The notes below the pieces were generated by a model. The model was not told where the DNA came from and did not search any database. It worked only from the letters and a program-made list of their open reading frames with translations. A program made the position numbers and the translations under genes. From contig DASRSR010000194.1 of the NCBI GenBank assembly GCA_035656355.1, forward strand, positions 2,691 through 66,690: a stretch of 64,000 nt of DNA. The letters run 5' to 3'. Source of the stretch: Edaphobacter sp. GTDB taxonomy: Bacteria > Acidobacteriota > Terriglobia > Terriglobales > Acidobacteriaceae. Shown piece by piece: positions 56,552 to 64,000 of this stretch. Numbering within the stretch: position 1 is the stretch's first letter; each line of letters starts with the position of its first letter.

Positions 56552-57852
56552 AGAAGATTGCTGCTGTAAGTTTTTGTGCCGCTCTGCTGATGTTTGGGGT
56601 TGGTTTATCTGTTGCGCAGGACCCGAGCCATGCAACGGAGTTTCGTAAGCCGACGCCTGGCAACGGTCCGGATGGCAAGCCTCGGCTTGCGTTTCTGGCG
56701 CATCGGCTGGGGAATGACCATGCCGAGGGCATTACGGCGCTGGACATGAATGGCGATGGCTTCGACGATCTGCTGAGCGGAGCGTACTGGTATGAGAATC
56801 CCGGAGCGAAGGGCGGCGAGTGGAAGCGCCATCAGTTTCGCACGGTAGGGATTCATGAGGAGTTTGTCTCTGATTGCGGCGAGTGGACGATTGACGTAAA
56901 CCATGACGGCGCTCCCGACCTGGTGACCACAGGTTGGATTTCGAACGGGTTGTGGTGGTACGAGAATCCTAAAAAGCCGGGTGTGATGTGGCAGAAGCAC
57001 TTTATTACCGACAGCTACGACACGGAAGGCGGAGCGGAGGGCGACATCAACGGCGACGGCAAGCCGGACATCGCGCTGGCGCATTACAACCACTCCGGCG
57101 TGATCTGGGTAGATTTCTCCGGCGCGAAGCCGAAGGTGCATCACGTTGGCGGTAAGGGAGAGGATGGGCACGGCATCGGCATTGCTGATGTGAACGGCGA
57201 CGATAAGGCGGATATTCTGACTCCGTTTGGCTGGTTCGAGAATGTCGATGCAGACCACGACAGGTGGATATGGCACGGCGAGTGGCGGCTTGGAGACACG
57301 GGGTTTCCGATCATTGGTTATGACGTGAATGGCGACGGCAAGCTTGATCTGATCTATGGCCAGGGCCACAGCTATGGTCTTTATTGGCTGGAGCAGGGAG
57401 GAACGGCTGCTCATCGCACATGGACGCGGCATATTATCGACGAATCGTTCTCGCAATCTCATGCGCTCCGGCTCGTGAATCTGGACGGCAATGGCGTTCC
57501 GGTGCTGGTGACGGGAAAACGGTACCGGGGGCACTCGGGCGGCGATCCGGGATCGTACGATCCGATTGTGATTTATGCCTATCGAATTGATCGCAAGACG
57601 GGAACGTTTACGCGGACGGCGATTTCGGCTAACGGAACGGCGAGTATTGGAACGCAGATCGTTGCCGAAGATCTGGACCATGACGGCGACATTGATCTGG
57701 CGACGGCGGGTAAGCTGGGCGTGCACTTTCTGGAGAACCTGAAGATCAATCATGTTCCCAAGGCGACACGCGAGGCGGAGCAGCCGCTGGAGCGGAAGTG
57801 GCCGTTCCCAGGTGAAGGGCAGGAGGTTCCGCAGGAGGACGGGCCGAAGTGA
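56548..57852 (+). CDS. Secreted FG-GAP/VCBS-repeat beta-propeller
   Basis: Signal peptide; about 7 repeats of DxNGDGxxD; WYENP; ATGA overlap with the upstream gene. Confidence 0.85.
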   Translation: MKKIAAVSFCAALLMFGVGLSVAQDPSHATEFRKPTPGNGPDGKPRLAFLAHRLGNDHAEGITALDMNGDGFDDLLSGAYWYENPGAKGGEWKRHQFRTVGIHEEFVSDCGEWTIDVNHDGAPDLVTTGWISNGLWWYENPKKPGVMWQKHFITDSYDTEGGAEGDINGDGKPDIALAHYNHSGVIWVDFSGAKPKVHHVGGKGEDGHGIGIADVNGDDKADILTPFGWFENVDADHDRWIWHGEWRLGDTGFPIIGYDVNGDGKLDLIYGQGHSYGLYWLEQGGTAAHRTWTRHIIDESFSQSHALRLVNLDGNGVPVLVTGKRYRGHSGGDPGSYDPIVIYAYRIDRKTGTFTRTAISANGTASIGTQIVAEDLDHDGDIDLATAGKLGVHFLENLKINHVPKATREAEQPLERKWPFPGEGQEVPQEDGPK

Positions 57853-57886
57853 GAATCAGGCTGCGTGTTTCCTTTAAGCTGTAGAG

Positions 57887-60529
57887 ATGCCTCTGTACTG
57901 CGATGTTGCGCTGCCGGTTTCTTTGGACCAGACATTTACCTATGCGGTGAATGGAGTGGTTCCAGCGGTTGGCGCGCGTGTGCTGGTGCCGTTCAGCGGG
58001 CAGCGGCTGATGGGCGTTGTGCTGCGTGTGCATGACGATACGCCGAACGAGTCGTTTGAGATAAAGCCGGTTCAGCAGGTACTGGATGACGCGGCGCTGT
58101 TGCCGGATGAATTGACGGAACTGGCGCGCTGGATTGCGGCGTACTATGTGGCTCCGCTGGGTGAGGTGCTGCGCGGGATGCTGCCGCTTGGCGCTGAGGT
58201 GAAGCGGCACTTCGTCTACAGGATTTCCGATGTTGGCCGGCGCGTTCTTTATGAAGGCGCGGCGAAGGGAGCTTCGCGGCGGTCGAAGTTGTCTGCAGAG
58301 GAGCAGAACCGCGAATATGCGGTGCTGAATTATCTGGAGACCGGAGATACCGCGAAGATGTCGGCGCTGCGCTCGGCAACGGGAGCGAATAAGACGCTAT
58401 TGGAAGGCATGGTCCGGAAGAAATGGCTGACGCGCGAGGCGGTGGCCGAGGAGCGGGATGCGCGGCGGCTGGAGAAGGTGGCCGTCATTCAGGGAACAGG
58501 AAGCAGGGAACAGGGAACAGAAGAACAAAAACACGACCTCCGCTTGGCGAAGGATGACAAGTCAAAATCCGGCTCTCTGGGGCCGCGATTGCCGAAGCTG
58601 AATGAGAATCAGTTGGCGATTATGGGGGAGCTTGCGGCGGTGGGTGGACGGATGCGCGTGCGCGATCTTCGGCAGACGTTGACGTCTGTGCCGGAGTCCA
58701 CGTTGGCGACGCTGGTGAAACGTGGGTTGGTAGCGATTGAGGAGGTTGCGCGCGAGTTCTGGATGGGGGGAGTAGGTGTGGAGGAAGATGTCGGCTCTGC
58801 CCACCTTAGCGACGATGAAGCCATCGCGAAGATGGGGTATCCGGTGCACCGTCTTCGGAAAAAGCATGCGCATGAGCACGCATTGAATGAGGCCCAGATG
58901 GAGGCGCTGAGCACGATTGCGGCGGCGATGTCGAAGAGCGGGTTTGCGCCACATCTGCTGTATGGCGTGACGGGTTCGGGCAAGACGACGGTTTATTTTG
59001 CAGCGATGCAGCGGGCGCTTGAGGCAGGCAAATCGGCTTTATTGCTGGTGCCGGAGATCGGACTGACTCCCGCGATGACAGGACAATTGGTCGCGGCGTT
59101 TGGCGGTGAGGTGGCATTGCTGCATTCGCAACTGACACCGGATGAGCGTGCCGAACAGTGGCACAGGATTCGGCGGGGCGAGGCACGCGTTGTGGTTGGG
59201 ACGCGGTCGGCTGTGTTTGCGCCAATGCCGAAGCTGGGATTGATCATCGTCGATGAAGAGCACGATGGAAGCTATAAGCAGGAGGAGACTCCGCGCTATC
59301 ACGGGCGTGATGTCGCGGTGATGCGGGCTAAGCTGAACAATGCTGTTGTTGTGCTGGGTTCGGCAACGCCCTCGCTTGAGAGCTGGGCGAACGCGGAGAA
59401 GGGCCGTTATGTGCGAGTGGAGATGCGGCAGCGAGTTGCGGACCGTCCATTGCCGGCGGTAGAGCTTGTGGATATGCGCGAGGAGTTTCGAGAGACGGGG
59501 CAGGAGCATATCTTTTCGCGCAGATTGATTGAGGAGACGCAGGCGACGCTGGACCGCGGAGAGCAGGCGATTGTTCTGCTGAACCGGCGCGGATACTCGT
59601 TTGTGGTGATGTGCCGAAGCTGCGGCGCGAAGATTGAGTGTGAAAACTGTGCGATCTCGATGACGTATCACAAGCCGGTGAGCGGCAATGACGCCATCGC
59701 GCAGCCGGGGCAGCGGCTGGAGTGCCATTATTGCGGGTACAGACGCGGAGTGCCGAAGAACTGTCCGAAGTGCGGGAGTGAGCATTTGTATTTTCTCGGC
59801 GCAGGTTCGCAGCAGGGCGAAGAGCGGCTGCAGGAGATATTTCCTTCAGCACGCATCGGTCGCATGGACCGCGATACTGTGCGTGGACGCAGCGATATGG
59901 AACGTTTGCTGTCGCGGCTCCATGCGGGCGAGATTAATCTGCTGGTTGGAACACAGATGATCGCCAAAGGACACGATATTCACGGGGTGACTCTGGTGGG
60001 TGTTGTCGGAGCTGACTTCGCACTCGGACTGCCAGATTTTCGCGCGGCGGAGAGAGTGTTTCAACTTTTGACGCAGGTTTCAGGCAGAGCGGGCAGAGGT
60101 GAGCTGCCGGGTAAGGTGCTGGTGCAGACCTATCATCCGGACCACTATGCGATTCAGTTTGCAGCGAAGCATGATTATCCGGGGTTTGTCGCGAAGGAGA
60201 CACAGTACCGGCGATGGATGCACTATCCTCCGTATTCCGTGCTGGCGAATGTGTTGATCCAGAGTGAGAAGCTGGAGGAAGCGACGGGATGGTCGGCAGC
60301 GCTGGGGGGGTGGTTTGAGCGGGCACGACTGGACAAGGTCCGCGTGCTTGGCCCAGCGGCTGCGCCAATTTCAAGACTGAAGCGAATTTATCGCTACCAC
60401 TTTGTGCTGAAGGCGGAGCGCAGACAGACGCTCAGCGAAGTATTGCGTGCAATGCTGCAATACGCGGAGACACAGGGCATTGCACGCCGCAATCTGATTG
60501 TCGACGTTGATGCCGTACATCTGATGTGA
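57887..60529 (+). CDS. priA: Primosomal protein N' (replication restart helicase)
   Basis: FTYAV, GARVLVPF, GVTGSGKT, DEEHDGSYKQ, Cys-rich Zn motifs, GTQMIAKG, QVSGRAGRG. Confidence 0.96.
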   Translation: MPLYCDVALPVSLDQTFTYAVNGVVPAVGARVLVPFSGQRLMGVVLRVHDDTPNESFEIKPVQQVLDDAALLPDELTELARWIAAYYVAPLGEVLRGMLPLGAEVKRHFVYRISDVGRRVLYEGAAKGASRRSKLSAEEQNREYAVLNYLETGDTAKMSALRSATGANKTLLEGMVRKKWLTREAVAEERDARRLEKVAVIQGTGSREQGTEEQKHDLRLAKDDKSKSGSLGPRLPKLNENQLAIMGELAAVGGRMRVRDLRQTLTSVPESTLATLVKRGLVAIEEVAREFWMGGVGVEEDVGSAHLSDDEAIAKMGYPVHRLRKKHAHEHALNEAQMEALSTIAAAMSKSGFAPHLLYGVTGSGKTTVYFAAMQRALEAGKSALLLVPEIGLTPAMTGQLVAAFGGEVALLHSQLTPDERAEQWHRIRRGEARVVVGTRSAVFAPMPKLGLIIVDEEHDGSYKQEETPRYHGRDVAVMRAKLNNAVVVLGSATPSLESWANAEKGRYVRVEMRQRVADRPLPAVELVDMREEFRETGQEHIFSRRLIEETQATLDRGEQAIVLLNRRGYSFVVMCRSCGAKIECENCAISMTYHKPVSGNDAIAQPGQRLECHYCGYRRGVPKNCPKCGSEHLYFLGAGSQQGEERLQEIFPSARIGRMDRDTVRGRSDMERLLSRLHAGEINLLVGTQMIAKGHDIHGVTLVGVVGADFALGLPDFRAAERVFQLLTQVSGRAGRGELPGKVLVQTYHPDHYAIQFAAKHDYPGFVAKETQYRRWMHYPPYSVLANVLIQSEKLEEATGWSAALGGWFERARLDKVRVLGPAAAPISRLKRIYRYHFVLKAERRQTLSEVLRAMLQYAETQGIARRNLIVDVDAVHLM
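58490..58560 (+). repeat. In-frame heptamer tandem plus family C REP remnant inside priA
   Basis: CAGGGAA CAGGAAG CAGGGAA CAGGGAA, then CCTCCGCTTGGCGAAGGATGACAA. Confidence 0.65.
58800..58844 (+). repeat. In-frame family B REP palindrome inside priA
   Basis: CCCACCTTAGCGACGATGAAGCCATCGCGAAGATGGGGTATCCGG; about 38/47 identical by hand to intergenic 53933-53979. Confidence 0.8.
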
Positions 60530-60543
60530 ATCGGGCCTAGTTG

Positions 60544-60813
60544 CTACTCGAGCAAATGCAGTTCTTTGCCGGGCTTAAAGCGAACGGCCTTGCCGGGGGC
60601 AATGGCGACTTCAGCGCCTGTCCTCGGATTGCGACCGATGCCTGTCTTGCGCGGCTTAACGGTGAAGACGCCAAAACCGCGTAATTCGATGCGGTCACCG
60701 GCGATCAGATTTTGCTTCATGCTATCGAAGATGGCGTCTACGGCAGCCTCTGCTTTTGTTCTTGGCAGACCGGTACGCTCAACAACCCGTTGAATTAGAT
60801 CCTGTTTAATCAT
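60544..60813 (-). CDS. HU/IHF-family DNA-binding protein
   Basis: MIKQDLI, IELRGFGVF, GRNPRTG, FKPGKEL. Confidence 0.93.
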   Translation of the reverse strand: MIKQDLIQRVVERTGLPRTKAEAAVDAIFDSMKQNLIAGDRIELRGFGVFTVKPRKTGIGRNPRTGAEVAIAPGKAVRFKPGKELHLLE

Positions 60814-60862
60814 TTTGGGCCGCCGTCCTTGGGCTGTAATTTGCAACTAAAACTTTTTTTGT

Positions 60863-60875
60863 TATCAACACATTA
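60863..60875 (+). promoter_or_regulatory. IHF consensus site
   Basis: TATCAACACATTA matches WATCAANNNNTTR. Confidence 0.45.
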
Positions 60876-61054
60876 CTGCCTGGGTTTAATTACCGTGATA
60901 GTAGAAACTCGAAACAAGATTGTCAATGCGGATACGCTACCGTAAGATGAAGAATCTAATGAGACAACAAAAACGGGAAGGTTGCCCGCTTTTGATTCCT
61001 CAAAAACTGTCATAACGTCAGACGCGAACAAAATACGAAGGGAAGCAGACCAGA

Positions 61055-61609
61055 GTGGCCATTAAAAGCGACCGTTGGATACGCCAGCAGGCGATCGAGC
61101 ACGGCATGATTACTCCGTTTAGCGAAAAGCAGGTCAGGGAAGGCGTTATCTCTTACGGACTGTCGTCCTATGGATACGATCTCCGGGTCTCCGATGAGTT
61201 CAAGATCTTCACCAACGTCAACAGCGCAATTATCGATCCGAAGGCTTTCGATGAGCGCTCGTTTGTGTCGGTGCAGTCTGACAGTGTGATTGTGCCGCCA
61301 AACTCGTTTGCGTTGGCTCGCTCAATTGAATACTTCAAGATTCCGCGTGATGTGTTGACGATCTGTGTGGGCAAATCAACCTATGCACGCTGCGGCATCA
61401 TTGTGAACGTAACCCCTTTTGAACCGGAGTGGGAGGGGTTTGTGACGCTGGAGATCTCAAACACGACGCCGCTGCCGGCGAAGGTCTATGCCAACGAAGG
61501 GTTGTGCCAGATTCTCTTCTTCCAGTCCGATGAGGTGTGCGAAGTAAGCTACGCTGACCGCAAAGGAAAATATCAAAACCAGCAGGGTATCGTTTTACCG
61601 AAGCTCTAA
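61055..61609 (+). CDS. dcd: dCTP deaminase
   Basis: [37 protein letters not shown]. Confidence 0.96.
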   Translation: MAIKSDRWIRQQAIEHGMITPFSEKQVREGVISYGLSSYGYDLRVSDEFKIFTNVNSAIIDPKAFDERSFVSVQSDSVIVPPNSFALARSIEYFKIPRDVLTICVGKSTYARCGIIVNVTPFEPEWEGFVTLEISNTTPLPAKVYANEGLCQILFFQSDEVCEVSYADRKGKYQNQQGIVLPKL

Positions 61610-61661
61610 CGATATTTCGCATCGCCTGCCTGATTTCACTGAGGAGTAAAGGTCTGCAAGC

Positions 61662-62309
61662 GTGACGAAAAAGAGCAAGTCCGAGGAGAATCCGCGGATC
61701 GGGCTGATTGCTACAGACCCGCTGCGGATTCTCGGTATTCAAACGATTTTTGCCGATGAAGGGTTCGAGATTGTTCCTTTGTCGGTGCCGGGGGCGCTGG
61801 ATGATTCGGGCGTATCGCTCATCCTGATGGATGCCTCGTGCACCGATCATCTGTTCGAGCTGCTGGCTGCGTTTCATCGCTCTCGCCCGAAGCTGAAGGT
61901 GATTGTGATTGGAGCACGCGAAGACCATGAATACATTCAACAGGTGATTGGCGCGGGCGCTAAGGGTTATCTCACGCATTCCGCGAAAGAGAGCGAGATC
62001 AGGCTGGCAATTCAAATTGTGCAGGACGATTCGGTGTGGGCTCCGCGCAAAGTGCTGGCACGGCTGCTGGAGTCGTCCAAGACTCCAACGACGACTTCTC
62101 CAACCGTTGCGCCGAAGTTTACGGAACGCGAGACGCAGGTGCTGCGCCTGCTGGTGAACGGCAGCCCGAATCGCGATATTGCGCAGGCATTAGGGATCGA
62201 TGCTGTAACGGTAAAGGCGCATGTTGGACGGATTATGCGTAAGGTGGGGGTGGAGAACCGGATTGCGCTGACAGTTGAAACATTGAAGCGAAACCTTCTT
62301 AAGACATAA
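61662..62309 (+). CDS. NarL/LuxR-family response regulator with atypical receiver domain
   Basis: REC-like N-domain; C-terminal FTERETQVLRLL..NRDIAQAL..TVKAHV HTH. Confidence 0.88.
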   Translation: MTKKSKSEENPRIGLIATDPLRILGIQTIFADEGFEIVPLSVPGALDDSGVSLILMDASCTDHLFELLAAFHRSRPKLKVIVIGAREDHEYIQQVIGAGAKGYLTHSAKESEIRLAIQIVQDDSVWAPRKVLARLLESSKTPTTTSPTVAPKFTERETQVLRLLVNGSPNRDIAQALGIDAVTVKAHVGRIMRKVGVENRIALTVETLKRNLLKT

Positions 62310-62421
62310 CCATATTTACTTATTAGTAAATATTTTGAGCGCAGAGGTATACAGACCTTCGTACCGTTGTGTACTCGCGTGATGTGGAGCAGAGTGTGAA
62401 TAGCAACACAGACCTGGGAGA

Positions 62422-62491
62422 GGGGTTGTAGAGAGAGCGTTGCGCGGGGTGGTTCCCCGGCGCTATCTCTACAACCCCATTTTTTTGTTTT
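62422..62491 (+). terminator. Long hairpin with U-tract (terminator, possibly the end of an sRNA)
   Basis: GGGGTTGTAGAGA/TCTCTACAACCCC 13-bp stem, inner CGGGG/CCCCG, then ATTTTTTTGTTTT. Confidence 0.65.
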
Positions 62492-62590
62492 GTATGCCAT
62501 GGTCGCATTCTCTCTGGTACAACTCATGTTAGGTTTCTTTCCATCTCATTCAGGTGTTGCACGAGGCCCTAAAAACTCAAGCTTAGAAAA

Positions 62591-63304
62591 GTGAAAGGCG
62601 CAAAACTTATGAAACGGATGACAGCGGTTGTATGTAGTTTGGCCATGGTGGCAGGTTCGGTTTCGGCATTCGCCGCATCGGATAAAGCGAAGCTGACGGA
62701 ACGTTTGACTGATGCTCAGAAAGTAATTCAAGAGGTCATGGCAACACCGGACAAAGGCATTCCGCAGAGCATCCTTTCCGGCGCGTCGTGCGTGGTGGTG
62801 ATTCCCAGCTACAAGAAGGCAGCCTTTGTTGTGGGTGGCCAGTATGGACAAGGAGTAGCAACCTGCCGTACACCGCGGGGCTGGAGCGCGCCGGTGTTCG
62901 TTCAACTGACGGGTGGCAGCTTCGGGTTCCAGATCGGCGGCCAGGCGACCGACCTGGTTCTGATTGCGATGAACAAGAACGGACTCCAGGACATGTTGAA
63001 GAACAAGTTCAAACTTGGCGGCGATGCCGCAGTGGCGGCCGGGCCAGTGGGACGGAATGCTCAGGCGGGGACCGACTGGAAGTTGAACGCAGAGTTCCTT
63101 TCCTACTCTCGCTCGAAGGGACTCTTTGCAGGCATTAACCTGGACGGCACGGTGCTTTCTCAGAACCAGGATGATACGCGGACGATGTATGGCAGCGATA
63201 TTCCTTTCGAGACCATCCTGAAGGGCAACGAGGCAACTCCGCAGGCGGCACGTCCGTTTGTGCGGACCGTAGCGCATTATTTTGTAGCTTCGAAGAACCG
63301 ATAA
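62591..63304 (+). CDS. Lipid-binding SYLF (Ysc84-like) domain protein, secreted
   Basis: KAAFVVGGQYGQG, WSAPVF, GFQIGGQATD, YSRSKGLFAG. Confidence 0.9.
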   Translation: MKGAKLMKRMTAVVCSLAMVAGSVSAFAASDKAKLTERLTDAQKVIQEVMATPDKGIPQSILSGASCVVVIPSYKKAAFVVGGQYGQGVATCRTPRGWSAPVFVQLTGGSFGFQIGGQATDLVLIAMNKNGLQDMLKNKFKLGGDAAVAAGPVGRNAQAGTDWKLNAEFLSYSRSKGLFAGINLDGTVLSQNQDDTRTMYGSDIPFETILKGNEATPQAARPFVRTVAHYFVASKNR

Positions 63305-63333
63305 AAGTTGATTCGGAACAAGCAAGAAGGATT

Positions 63334-63360
63334 GGGCGGCCTGAGGGCCGCCTTTCTTTT
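63334..63360 (+). terminator. Intrinsic terminator
   Basis: GGGCGGCC-TGAG-GGCCGCCT, then TTCTTTT. Confidence 0.75.
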
Positions 63361-63398
63361 GGAGATTCAGGATGATGAGGGACGAGTAGACTGTAGGC

Positions 63399-64000
63399 TT
63401 GAACGACAAAATACAATCCTCATCGCGACAGCGGGACGTGACCGCTCGTGAGCGGCTGGAGTACTGCCTGGTTCGCGTGTTTATCGCGTGCATTGGGGTG
63501 CTGCCGCGCCGATCTGCGCGGGTGGTGGGCGGATGGATTGCGGCATTGGCTTATCGTTTGCTGGGCAGGCTAAGGAAGGTTGGGCTTCGCAATCTGCAAC
63601 TGGCATTTCCAGAGAAGACTGCAGCTGAACGCGAGACGATTCTGCGTGGCGTCTATCGAAACCTGGGGCATCTGCTGGCCGAGTTCTGCAAGATGTCCAG
63701 CTACACGCCAGAGCAGGCCAGCCGCTTTATTCGTTATGAAGGATTAGAAAATTACCTGACAGCCCGCGCGAGAGGCAAAGGGGTACTGGTGCTAACCGGG
63801 CATCTTGGGGCGTGGGAGCTGTCGAGCTTTTATCACTCGCTGATGGGTTATCCGATGGGAATGGTAATTCGACGGCTGGATAATCCTCTGGTGGACGAGT
63901 TTGTTAATCGGGTTCGTTGCCTGCATGGAAACCGCGTCATGCACAAGGATGACTTTGCGCGCGGTTTGATTGCCGCGATGCGTGCCGGTGAGACGGTGGG
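63399..64000 (+). CDS. Lipid A late acyltransferase (LpxL/HtrB family), partial
   Basis: Hand translation: LEYCLVRV..RNLQLAFPE..VLTGHLGAWE..RRLDNP; runs off window end. Confidence 0.88.
   Translation, partial: MNDKIQSSSRQRDVTARERLEYCLVRVFIACIGVLPRRSARVVGGWIAALAYRLLGRLRKVGLRNLQLAFPEKTAAERETILRGVYRNLGHLLAEFCKMSSYTPEQASRFIRYEGLENYLTARARGKGVLVLTGHLGAWELSSFYHSLMGYPMGMVIRRLDNPLVDEFVNRVRCLHGNRVMHKDDFARGLIAAMRAGETV

Noticed and set aside
55343-57753. Long antisense ORFs (55343-56518, 56605-57753; similarly 389-1282, 3173-3877, 14787-15275, 21846-22661)
   Set aside because: Shadow frames of well-supported genes in GC-rich DNA; no motifs or RBS
58490-58520. CRISPR array
   Set aside because: 7-bp tandem units with no spacers; no 23-50 bp repeat-spacer array and no cas genes anywhere in the window

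Overview
Genomic DNA that looks like an Acidobacteriaceae (Terriglobia) chromosome. This assignment is inferred from the ADOP permease/PadR pair, Oar-like TonB receptor, NHL lipoprotein, ECF/anti-sigma/DUF3106 triad and REP-like repeats. Housekeeping blocks: start of the nuo operon (nuoA-C-D, no nuoB); lptC/A-lptB-rpoN-hpf-rapZ-msbA-yicC-gmk-rpoZ-udg; priA, dcd, lpxL-like; two HU/IHF genes; tRNA-Val(CAC). Accessory blocks: (i) an OprB/MnoP-like porin divergent from an RcnR/CsoR-family sensor, with a matching operator; (ii) a visibly AT-richer sulfated-glycan locus (TBDR, MFS, LacI, two Tat sulfatases) plus ADOP/PadR downstream of the tRNA; (iii) a phosphoesterase / basic protein / POTRA-less Omp85 operon; (iv) a D-aminoacylase / PLP deaminase / RidA / GntP cluster matching the OngB/OngC logic for oxidised GlcNAc; (v) GH172 + MFS; (vi) a Tat Gfo/Idh/MocA enzyme coupled to an FG-GAP propeller. 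Intergenic space holds several REP/MITE families, some nested. The most unusual signal is two repeat-derived segments translated in frame inside priA. No CRISPR array, rRNA, integrase or transposase was seen. All family assignments come from motif recognition by eye; no database search was run.
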